A stretch of DNA of 9,512 nt from Dictyostelium discoideum. Its lineage: Eukaryota. The position numbers and the translations under genes are program-made. Below the pieces are notes generated by a model. It was not told the DNA's origin and did not search any database. It saw only the letters and a list, made by a program, of their open reading frames with translations. Positions 1 to 7,498 of the stretch are shown piece after piece (the stretch's first letter is position 1; every line of letters begins with the position of its first letter). Location of the stretch: the NCBI GenBank assembly GCA_000004695.1, contig CH709158.1, positions 1 through 9,512 on the forward strand. Reading direction: 5' to 3'.

Positions 1-230
1 GCATATTACATTACTAATTATAGTTGACACACATTTAAATAATATAATAATAATAATAATAATAATAATACTGTCGACTCATTATGAATAATATAAATAC
101 TAAAGAATAATTTTATAAACAATATTGAATATTATAAATATAAATTAATATTAAATAAAGATAACAAAGTATTATTCAATTATATAATTATTAATTATAT
201 ATATTTATAAAGCTAACAAGCTTTATTACA
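1..230 (+). repeat. 5' LTR (partial), ending with ATTACA.
   Basis: Near-identical to 4772..4998. The only differences are one G/A SNP (pos 76 vs 4846) and one extra AAT unit in the (AAT)n tract 46..70. Confidence 0.9.
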
Positions 231-232
231 TT

Positions 233-249
233 TGGCGACATCGTCTTTC
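233..249 (+). promoter_or_regulatory. Candidate primer binding site (TGGCGACATCGTCTTTC), 2-3 nt after the 5' LTR end.
   Basis: It begins with TGG, complementary to the tRNA 3' CCA, and sits immediately 3' of the LTR terminus ATTACA. I could not identify the cognate tRNA from memory. Confidence 0.45.
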
Positions 250-250
250 A

Positions 251-343
251 AAAAAAAAAAAAAAAAAAAATATACTATAAATATAAAGTTATCAAATTAT
301 TCAATCAATTAAAATTTTACATTAGATTAAATTTAATTTAATA

Positions 344-430
<87 letters not shown>
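251..430 (+). repeat. Oligo(dA)-rich leader of the retroelement.
   Basis: A-runs at 251..271 and 351..429. The second is about 80 nt of nearly pure A interrupted by g/ttt. Confidence 0.8.
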
Positions 431-431
<1 letters not shown>

Positions 432-605
432 TTTTTTATGAAAACCGTATTTTTTTCGGGTAATGGAAAGGGTTAATCATTCTTTAATTTCAACCACTAA
501 CTCTTATTAATTCATGGCGAGGAAATATCGAAAGCTGATATTATTAGAAAACTAAGAAACAATGCATTGGAATATGCCGCAACATTGGATACAGACTTAA
601 CAGCA

Positions 606-3600
606 ATGGAGATAATTGAAGATCTTAAAGATGCTTTTGATATTGGTGATAGTGATGATTTATCAGATTTAACAAAGTTAGGAGAATATAAATACAATAC
701 ATTAGATATATTAATTGGTAAATTTCTTTCAAAATGTTCAGCAGTTGATATTTCAGAAAAGTTTAAAATACAATTGTTTTATTCAGCTGTTGGTATTGAA
801 TTGGGTATTGAAATTACAAAATGTGCACCAAAATCATTAAAAAGAGCAATAGACATTGCAAAGTCTTGTGAAGATGGTTCAATTCGTATGAGAGGTAGAT
901 CAATGTATACTGGTCAATTGGTTGCAAAAACATTACAAGAATTTGGAACTCAAAAGTATCTTGGTTCTGGATCTGGTTATACAACATCACCACAGTACGT
1001 TACATCTCAAACTGAACAATCTACTGAAACTGAAGTATTAGCAACTCCAATTTATAAAAATCAAACATATTCACCACCACCATCACCTTATAAAGCACCA
1101 CAAAATCAAGTAAATTCAATCACAAAATTTTGTAAATATTGCAAAAAGAAAGGTCATGTAATTCAAGAGTGTTGGTCTAAAGATAAAAAGAATAATTATA
1201 ATGAGAATAAACAATCATATAATAATCATAGCACTAATGCAATTACAATGGTTAATGATAAAACGATTAATTCTATTGGAACTGATAGTATGAATGCAGC
1301 ATTATTAATAAATGATAAGAATGTTAGAGGTTTAGTTGATACTGGTTCTTCTCTTACCATCATTTGGGAAAGTATTGCTAAAAAATTAAATTTAAAAGTT
1401 GAAGGTAAATCATTTTCAGTTAATTCAGCATCAAATAATGAAATTAAGATAGTTGGTAGTTGTGATACCATAATTAAATTAGGTAAAGCATCCGCAAAAG
1501 TTAATGTTAATATTGTTAAAGATAATGATACTTCAATCGATTGCATTTTTGGTGTAGATACACTTATTGGATTGAAATTAATAATTGATTGCAAGGAAAT
1601 GATCATTAAGAATCTTGAATTTAATGTTGGTACAAGATTAATCACCAGAGAAACCAAACCAATTGTTTGCAAAATTGATCTAAATATATTAGAAAAAGTA
1701 TCAAAACCAATGGCTGAGTTATTAATCAAAAATGAAGAGATTTTTGAAACCAAATTGTCAAAACCAGGATCATTAATAGATGTTGAACATTCAATTAAAT
1801 TAACTGATGAAAATGTTTCTGTTTATACTCCACCATACAAAACTAGTCCAGCTGATAAAGAATTCATTGAAGAATACATTAAAGATGCATTAGATAAAGG
1901 TATAATCGAGAAATCAGATTCATCACAATACGGTTCTCCAATAGTCTTATCCAGAAAGAATGATAAAATTAGATTTTGTGTTAATTATAAAAAACTAAAT
2001 GACCTCACAATTAAAGATAGATATCCACTTCCATTAATTTCTGATTGTTGGTATTATCTCAAAGATGCAAAAGTTTTCTCAAAAATTGATCTTACTTCTG
2101 GTTATTATCAAATCAAAATGAAAGAAGAGGACAAGGATAAAACAACCTTTGTCTCTCATATGGGTCAATTTAGATATGTTGTAATGCCATTTGGATTATG
2201 TAATGCACCAGCAACTTTTCAAAGATACATGAATGAATTATTAAAGGATGAATTAAGAAAAAGTAATATTGGGTTTATTGACGATTGTATAATTTATAGC
2301 AAGAATAATGAATATCATATTGAACATGTCAAACTATTATTCGAAAAATTCAAAGAAAAAGGTGCAAAGTTACAAATAACTAAATGTGAGTTTGAAAAAG
2401 AAGAGATCAAGTTTTTGGGATATATCGTTTCAAAGAATGGTATTACTTATGATAGTTCAAAGTTTAATGAATTATTAAAAACACCACCTCCATCAAATCA
2501 AAAAGAATTAATGAAATTACTCGGTACTGTCAATTACTTTAGAACATTCATTAAAAATTTCACTCATTTAACTTCATCATTTTATCCACTATTAAAGAAG
2601 GGTGTTAATTTCAAATGGACTGATGAATTGGAAAATGATCGTGTAAAATTATTTACTACATTAGCACAAACTAATCTTTTAAGTTTTCCACAAGATACAG
2701 ATGATAATGTTATTGAAACTGATGCTTCAATTATTGGTATTGGTGGTGTAATGATTCAAAATGGTAAACCAGTTTCTTATTATTCAAGAACATTAAACAA
2801 CGCTGAAAAGAATTATTCTGTTACTGAAAGAGAATGTTTGGCAATCATTGAATCAATTAAATATTTTAAATCCTATATCAATGGTAGAAAAGTAAAAATC
2901 ATCACTGATCATCAACCTTTGAAATATCTCTTAACTGGTAAATTTACTGATCGTATTACAAGATGGACTGTATTACTTCAAGAGTATAATTACGAAATTA
3001 TATATAGACCTGGTAAAGAAAACTTTTTAGCTGATGCATTATCAAGATGTCCAGATAGAGATCAACAGCCAATTGATTGTGATATTCCAGAAAAGATATT
3101 TACAATTACTCACTATCCAGTAGCTTCACCATCAACTACAATTTTACCAAGAGTCTTACCATCAAGATCAAATCAAACATCTAATGTTTCACCAGCTACA
3201 ACAATTCAACCACCAAATTCATCAAGTTCAAATCAATCATCAAATATCCCACCAACAACAAACCAATCATCAAATATTACAAATCAACCAATAAATACTT
3301 CATCAATGAATTTAAATCAATCATTATCAAATCAAGCAACAACCGCTAGATTATTGAATAGTGTACCTATCTCAATCAACAATGATAATATTAATACAAC
3401 AACTCCACAATTTACACAAGAGTCAATAAGAAAAGAGTTGGAAAAAGAAAATTATTATAGAGCAATGTATAAATATCTTGAAGAAACAAGACTTCCAGAC
3501 AATGCACAAGCAGCAAGAAGAATTTTGTTCGAGTCTGAATTTTATTCAATGATTAATGGATTTCTTTGTCACGGTTTAAAACATACTTTATCAAGTAAGA

Positions 3601-4718
3601 AATCTCATTTTAAACATCTTCAAATTGTAGTTCCAAAAACTATGACTAAATGGATAATGGAAATATTTCATGATTCGCCACTTACTGGAGGACATTTTGG
3701 ATTATTAAAAACTGTCGCAAAAATCAAAGAAAGATTCTATTGGATTGGTATGATTAAGGATATAAAAGAATTTATCGATAAATGTACAACTTGTTTACAA
3801 ATTAAAAGAAAGTATGGTCCAAAAGAAGGTTTACTCATTCCAATTGAGATTGAACCTGAACCATTTAATACAATTGGTATTGATTTTATTGGTCCAATTA
3901 CAAAAGATAATGCTCAAGTTTATTTGTTGGTTGTTATGGATTATTTTACTAAATGGCCAGAAGTTTTCTTTACCCTTGATATGGAAGGGGAGACTGTAGC
4001 TCAATTATTGTTGTATGAAATCTATACTAGATATGGGGTTCCAAAGAAGTTGGTTTCTGATCGTGGTAAGAATTTTTTAAGTAATGTAGTCTCTGGTGTT
4101 AATAAATTATTCGGTGTTCACAAATTAACAACTACTGCTTATCACCCACAATGTGATGGTCAAACTGAAAATTTCAATAATACATTAATTAAGATGCTCA
4201 AAGCTTTTATTGGTAATGAATTGTATGGCAATTGGGGTGAATTATTAAGATGTGTTTTATACTCATACAGAATTACACCACATGTTTCAACTGGTTTTTC
4301 ACCCTTTTTCTTACTTTTTAATCGTCAACCAACTTTACCATTAGATACAACTTTAAATGTAAATTTTTATTCAAATTCACTAAGATTAGATTTCGCTGAT
4401 AATTATGCACAATCCGTAAATAATAATCTTAAACGTGCCTTTTGGTTTACAAAGAATAATCTCGATAAAGCTCAAGAATTACAAAAAACAAATTATGATA
4501 AAGGTCGTCGTCCAACAAATATTCAAACAGGTGATTTTGTTTATTTACATACACCATATTCACAAACTTCTATTGGTCCAAAGAAATTCTATAAACCTTG
4601 GAGAGGTCCTTTTAAAGTTCAAGAAAAAGTTAGCGATGTTACATTCAAATTAGATATGGGTAATCTTAGAGATCATAAAGTAGTCAATATTGAAAGATTG
4701 AAAAAAATTTTCAACTAA
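606..4718 (+). CDS. Gag-Pol polyprotein of the LTR retrotransposon. The frame is open from 501 and the ORF-track start is TTG 567.
   Basis: First in-frame ATG at 606 and TAA stop at 4716..4718. There are no internal stops or frameshifts between the gag and pol parts. Confidence 0.9.
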   Translation: MEIIEDLKDAFDIGDSDDLSDLTKLGEYKYNTLDILIGKFLSKCSAVDISEKFKIQLFYSAVGIELGIEITKCAPKSLKRAIDIAKSCEDGSIRMRGRSMYTGQLVAKTLQEFGTQKYLGSGSGYTTSPQYVTSQTEQSTETEVLATPIYKNQTYSPPPSPYKAPQNQVNSITKFCKYCKKKGHVIQECWSKDKKNNYNENKQSYNNHSTNAITMVNDKTINSIGTDSMNAALLINDKNVRGLVDTGSSLTIIWESIAKKLNLKVEGKSFSVNSASNNEIKIVGSCDTIIKLGKASAKVNVNIVKDNDTSIDCIFGVDTLIGLKLIIDCKEMIIKNLEFNVGTRLITRETKPIVCKIDLNILEKVSKPMAELLIKNEEIFETKLSKPGSLIDVEHSIKLTDENVSVYTPPYKTSPADKEFIEEYIKDALDKGIIEKSDSSQYGSPIVLSRKNDKIRFCVNYKKLNDLTIKDRYPLPLISDCWYYLKDAKVFSKIDLTSGYYQIKMKEEDKDKTTFVSHMGQFRYVVMPFGLCNAPATFQRYMNELLKDELRKSNIGFIDDCIIYSKNNEYHIEHVKLLFEKFKEKGAKLQITKCEFEKEEIKFLGYIVSKNGITYDSSKFNELLKTPPPSNQKELMKLLGTVNYFRTFIKNFTHLTSSFYPLLKKGVNFKWTDELENDRVKLFTTLAQTNLLSFPQDTDDNVIETDASIIGIGGVMIQNGKPVSYYSRTLNNAEKNYSVTERECLAIIESIKYFKSYINGRKVKIITDHQPLKYLLTGKFTDRITRWTVLLQEYNYEIIYRPGKENFLADALSRCPDRDQQPIDCDIPEKIFTITHYPVASPSTTILPRVLPSRSNQTSNVSPATTIQPPNSSSSNQSSNIPPTTNQSSNITNQPINTSSMNLNQSLSNQATTARLLNSVPISINNDNINTTTPQFTQESIRKELEKENYYRAMYKYLEETRLPDNAQAARRILFESEFYSMINGFLCHGLKHTLSSKKSHFKHLQIVVPKTMTKWIMEIFHDSPLTGGHFGLLKTVAKIKERFYWIGMIKDIKEFIDKCTTCLQIKRKYGPKEGLLIPIEIEPEPFNTIGIDFIGPITKDNAQVYLLVVMDYFTKWPEVFFTLDMEGETVAQLLLYEIYTRYGVPKKLVSDRGKNFLSNVVSGVNKLFGVHKLTTTAYHPQCDGQTENFNNTLIKMLKAFIGNELYGNWGELLRCVLYSYRITPHVSTGFSPFFLLFNRQPTLPLDTTLNVNFYSNSLRLDFADNYAQSVNNNLKRAFWFTKNNLDKAQELQKTNYDKGRRPTNIQTGDFVYLHTPYSQTSIGPKKFYKPWRGPFKVQEKVSDVTFKLDMGNLRDHKVVNIERLKKIFN
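1131..1172 (+). other. Gag CCHC zinc knuckle (CKYCKKKGHVIQEC).
   Basis: C-X2-C-X4-H-X4-C pattern at aa 189-202 of the ORF. Confidence 0.85.
1284..1601 (+). other. Aspartic protease domain, with active site LVDTGSS (DTG at 1338..1346).
   Basis: Retropepsin D-T-G-S motif followed by the hydrophobic stretch IIW, plus a later GVDTLIGL-like flap region. Confidence 0.85.
1749..2441 (+). other. Reverse transcriptase domain.
   Basis: Motif A KIDLTSGYYQI, the PFGL.NAP motif, and FIDD (a YXDD variant) at 2274..2285. Confidence 0.9.
2679..2936 (+). other. RNase H domain.
   Basis: IETDASIIGIGGV (catalytic D at 2721), TERECLAI (E around 2826) and ITDHQPL (D at 2907), in typical Ty3/gypsy RH arrangement. 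Confidence 0.85.
3117..3416 (+). other. S/T/N/Q/P-rich low-complexity linker between RNase H and integrase.
   Basis: About 100 aa (aa 851-950) dominated by S, T, N, Q and P, with SSNQSSNI-type repeats. Confidence 0.8.
3669..3794 (+). other. Integrase N-terminal HHCC zinc-binding domain.
   Basis: H1035, H1043, C1073 and C1076 (HDSPLTGGH...CTTC). Confidence 0.85.
3849..4346 (+). other. Integrase DDE catalytic core.
   Basis: D at 3882 (IGIDFIG), D at 4059 (LVSDRGKNF) and E at 4167 (GQTENFN). Confidence 0.85.
4524..4715 (+). other. Integrase C-terminal GPF/Y module. There is no chromodomain.
   Basis: WRGPFKV...HKVVNIERLK matches the GPY/F motif. It lacks the aromatic-cage spacing of chromodomains. 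Confidence 0.7.
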
Positions 4719-4730
4719 AAGGGGGGGATA
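4717..4730 (+). promoter_or_regulatory. Polypurine tract (AAAAGGGGGGGATA) abutting the 3' LTR.
   Basis: A pure purine run overlaps the stop codon and is directly followed by the LTR start TGTAAT at 4731. Confidence 0.85.
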
Positions 4731-4998
4731 TGTAATAAAGTTACTCTATAAAATTAATAGATATTAAATATGCATATTACATTACTAATTATAGTTGACA
4801 CACATTTAAATAATATAATAATAATAATAATAATAATACTGTCAACTCATTATGAATAATATAAATACTAAAGAATAATTTTATAAACAATATTGAATAT
4901 TATAAATATAAATTAATATTAAATAAAGATAACAAAGTATTATTCAATTATATAATTATTAATTATATATATTTATAAAGCTAACAAGCTTTATTACA
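4731..4998 (+). repeat. 3' LTR (TGTAAT...ATTACA).
   Basis: It matches the 5' LTR. The 6-bp terminal inverted repeats are TGTAAT and ATTACA, and it contains (AAT)7 at 4817..4838. Confidence 0.9.
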
Positions 4999-5452
4999 TT
5001 TTGAAATATTTTTGAAATATTTTTGCACCATTACGTTTTATTTCCATTCCAAAAAAAAAAAACGTTTTATTTTTCATTGGGAAGAAACTAATAATTGTGT
5101 TATCCAATTCAAAAAAGTATTTTTCATTTAAATTATTTTTTTTATATAATTCTACAGTATTTCATGAATGTTCATTTTTATTCTTTATTATTTTTTTTTT
5201 TTTAATTTTTAATTTTTTTTTTTTTTTTTTTTGAAAATTAAAATCAAAACCAAGATATTTTTTTTTTTTTCTTCCCTTATTTTTTTTTTTTTATTTTTAT
5301 AACTATTCTTTAATAGAATTCTTTTTTTAAAAAAAAAGAACACCATGGAAGCTTTTTTGTTTTTTTTTTAAAAATGGATATAAATTATTATTTTTTTTTT
5401 TTAAAAAAATAAAACAAGATAATATCCAAAAATAAATAAAACAGAAAAAAAA

Positions 5453-5968
5453 ATGCCTCCAAAGATTAAAATAATTACAGGTCCAATCGGTTCTGGAAAA
5501 ACAACAATTTTAAATAGAATCAAAGAGTCATATGAAAGAAAAGAAATCTTTATTGGTCAAAAGGTTGGATTTTTTGGTGAACCTACTGATTCCACTGTAG
5601 CTAATGCTCTCCTAAAGGATATGTACTCAAAGTTTCCATTTGCTAATGATCAGTTTGAAACTTTACAAAAATACCTAATGGCTGTGGAAGCTAATGATTT
5701 ATGTAATGCTTTGTCATCGTCAGAGTATGATATTGTTTACTTTGATACATCGGTTTTGTATGGAGTTGTATTTTTACAAACTGCTAATGATTTGAAAATC
5801 ATAAACAATCAAACCTATTCAAATTGTCTAACGTTTTACTATCAAATGATTTCAAATATTAATTTCGAAAATGCTGAAGTAACCAATTTAAAAGTCATAC
5901 CACACATAGGTGTATGGAGCAAATTAACCAAAGAGGTAGAGCCTTTGAAGTCGGTAGTTTATCTATAG
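5453..5968 (+). CDS. P-loop kinase-like protein, possibly a deoxynucleoside or nucleotide kinase family member. The reading frame appears interrupted.
   Basis: Walker A motif GPIGSGKTT at 5480..5506, then a GEP motif about 27 aa later and an FDTS motif reminiscent of dNK ERS. AAAAATG start context. Dictyostelium-like codon usage. Confidence 0.5.
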   Translation: MPPKIKIITGPIGSGKTTILNRIKESYERKEIFIGQKVGFFGEPTDSTVANALLKDMYSKFPFANDQFETLQKYLMAVEANDLCNALSSSEYDIVYFDTSVLYGVVFLQTANDLKIINNQTYSNCLTFYYQMISNINFENAEVTNLKVIPHIGVWSKLTKEVEPLKSVVYL

Positions 5969-6059
5969 ACTATGTTTCCAAATTAACCGATAAAATTCGA
6001 TCTCATTGTGTTAGCCAAGTTTATCAAGACTTGAAAAACCAATAAAATGCTGTATCCAT

Positions 6060-6239
6060 AGAGAATACAAAAGCAATGATGACCTGTTCAATGACATTTT
6101 CTTTAATGAAAATCCAAACTCAATTCCCACACCATCAAATACTCTAACTCAATCTCTTCAAAGTTCACACTCAAATCTTAGTTTTTATTACCCATCGAAT
6201 CAAGAGCAATATTTTAATATTCAAGATTATTTGAATTAA
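6060..6239 (+). CDS. Possible 3' part of the same kinase-like gene in a different frame (REYKSNDDLFNDIFFNENPNSIPTPSNTL...QDYLN*), reached via an intermediate segment 5968..6047.
   Basis: Coding-like, less AT-rich sequence continues to TAA 6237..6239 in frame 0. The segment 5968..6047 is open in frame 1 (DYVSKLTDKIRSHCVSQVYQDLKNQ). No AT-rich GT..AG introns were recognisable between the pieces. Confidence 0.3.
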   Translation, partial: REYKSNDDLFNDIFFNENPNSIPTPSNTLTQSLQSSHSNLSFYYPSNQEQYFNIQDYLN

Positions 6240-6321
6240 TAAAACTAAATTCTAAATAATACTATAAAAAAAAAAAAAAAAAATAAAAATATATTTAAAT
6301 TAAATAAAAAAAGAAAAAAAA

Positions 6322-6507
6322 ATGTCTACATTTGCCGATCTTCGTTCTGTTTCAGGTGGCTTACTAGGTGGTATGGGTAGTATTGGTGTTGCCGCTCTTG
6401 GTGCCTACTTTATTTATACAAGTGAAATTGGAAGCGTTGATTTCAATATGGGTGTTGGTTTTGCTGCCTTTGGTTGTCTCTTAGTCTCAGATCATTATTC
6501 AAAATAA
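6322..6507 (+). CDS. Small glycine-rich hydrophobic protein (61 aa), a putative membrane micro-protein.
   Basis: AAAAATG start context. The product carries GxxxG-like repeats (GGLLGGMGSIGVAALGAYF, GVGFAAFGCLLV). GC content is higher than the flanks. Confidence 0.45.
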   Translation: MSTFADLRSVSGGLLGGMGSIGVAALGAYFIYTSEIGSVDFNMGVGFAAFGCLLVSDHYSK

Positions 6508-6666
6508 AAATGATTAAAGAAAAATGATTAAAAGAAAAAAAAATAAAATAAAAATTTTTAAGATAACTAGATTTCAATGATTTTTTTTTCAATTATTATT
6601 TATCAAAATTATTTATTTATTTAAAATAAAAACAAAAATAGTTGATGGTTTTATTTGTTTTTTTCT

Positions 6667-6918
6667 TCATTTTCTTTTGGCACATAATCTAACAACTTTT
6701 CCATCTATATACTGAAGATTTGTTAATAATTCAGTTCTTTCTTTAAAACGATTTTTTTTTACGATTTTTTCTTTACAGTCAGCTGTACATACACAAGGTT
6801 CAAACTTGGGGAATTCATCTGGATCTGTTAATAGCCACATGTATTTACTCTTTTTTTCCTCAGCTTCTTCAATGGATAAATTTGAATGTGGGCACTTATT
6901 AGTAGTTCTTTCTTCCAT
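6667..6918 (-). CDS. Hypothetical 83-aa protein with a CPH...CVC..C cysteine cluster and a basic C-terminus.
   Basis: Clean ATG..TGA ORF on the minus strand with Dictyostelium-like codon usage. The coding-like composition contrasts with the AT-rich flanks. Confidence 0.45.
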   Translation of the reverse strand: MEERTTNKCPHSNLSIEEAEEKKSKYMWLLTDPDEFPKFEPCVCTADCKEKIVKKNRFKERTELLTNLQYIDGKVVRLCAKRK

Positions 6919-7167
6919 TATTTAAGTTGTAACTATAAATATGTTTGTGCGATAATGTTTTATTTTTAATGTTAGTAAAATAAGTATTAAAAAAAAATTA
7001 AATTATTATTTAAAAAAAATAGAAAAAAACTGTGGGTGTGGTGTTTTAATGATTCCAAAAAAAAAAAAAATCAATAATAAAATAAAAAATTTTATAAATA
7101 AAATCTTTAATCTTTTTTAAATTAACTCTTATATAATTATTTTGTAAATGGTTATTTCAAAATTAGA

Positions 7168-7415
7168 CCTAATGATCATGAGACCCTACGCTCTACCAAT
7201 TGTGCCAACCCGACATGTTGATATTTTTTGACAAAAAATGCTCAATCTGGTGTTATCCAATTCAAAAAAAAAAAGTTTCTTAATGATTTACCTTAGGATT
7301 ATGAGACCTGCACTATACCAACTTAACCAAACTGATATGTTGATATTTTTCCTTAGAAAAATGACTAACCAGATATTTTTTAATGTTGAAAAACTCAACC
7401 ATCTGGAATTCAAAA
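7168..7415 (-). repeat. Degenerate tandem duplication of two ~123-bp units, each carrying a tRNA-Met-like fragment covering the D-arm and a CAT anticodon arm.
   Basis: Minus-strand reads GGCACAATTGGTAGAGCGTAGGGTCTCATGATC (7168..7217) and GGTTAAGTTGGTATAGTGCAGGTCTCATAATCCTAAGG (7291..7334). Each is followed on the + strand by a shared GATATGTTGATATTTTT and a CTCAA..CTGG..TTCAAAAAAAA motif. No T-arm or acceptor 3' half is present. Confidence 0.6.
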
Positions 7416-7498
7416 AAAATTATAACCTTTACATCAACACCCCAAAAATTGAGGCTAATTCAATACCAACTACATAAGGTTAAGTTTAAAACAAAATA

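Larger units (their letters stand above)
1..4998 (+). mobile_element. Complete Ty3/gypsy-type LTR retrotransposon (DGLT-A-like). The 5' LTR is cut by the window start, roughly 41 bp missing.
   Basis: Direct repeats 1..230 and 4731..4998 (the 3' copy corresponds to window position 1 at 4772). The internal single ORF has domain order PR-RT-RH-IN. A PBS-like TGG follows the 5' LTR and a PPT precedes the 3' LTR. Total length ~5.03 kb with ~268-bp LTRs. Confidence 0.9.

Noticed and set aside
512-697. 61-aa minus-strand ORF overlapping the gag start.
   Set aside because: It is an antisense low-complexity ORF inside the retroelement leader and gag. It has no start context, and the sense frame is clearly the coding one.
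1226-1753. 175-aa minus-strand ORF antisense to the protease region.
   Set aside because: The hydrophobic I/L/S-rich product is typical of antisense translation of AT-rich coding DNA. The sense strand carries unmistakable protease and RT motifs.
3814-3999. 61-aa + strand ORF in an alternative frame within integrase.
   Set aside because: It is an out-of-frame overlap inside the well-supported pol frame, with a low-complexity L/I-rich product.
4435-4653. 72-aa + strand alternative-frame ORF in the integrase C-terminus.
   Set aside because: It is an out-of-frame overlap with no motif support.
4524-4715. Possible chromodomain at the integrase C-terminus, which would target heterochromatin as in Skipper.
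   Set aside because: The sequence fits the GPF/Y SH3-like integrase tail (WRGPFKV...HKVVNIERLK). It has no aromatic-cage or chromo-shadow pattern.
5909-5968. GTATGG...CTATAG as an intron rescuing the kinase-like ORF.
   Set aside because: The segment is about 37% GC and coding-like, unlike the more than 85% AT introns of this genome type. Removing it does not restore a sensible frame.
7238-7477. 79-aa + ORF.
   Set aside because: It lies entirely within the degenerate tandem repeat and tRNA-like fragments. The product is low-complexity and it has no start context.
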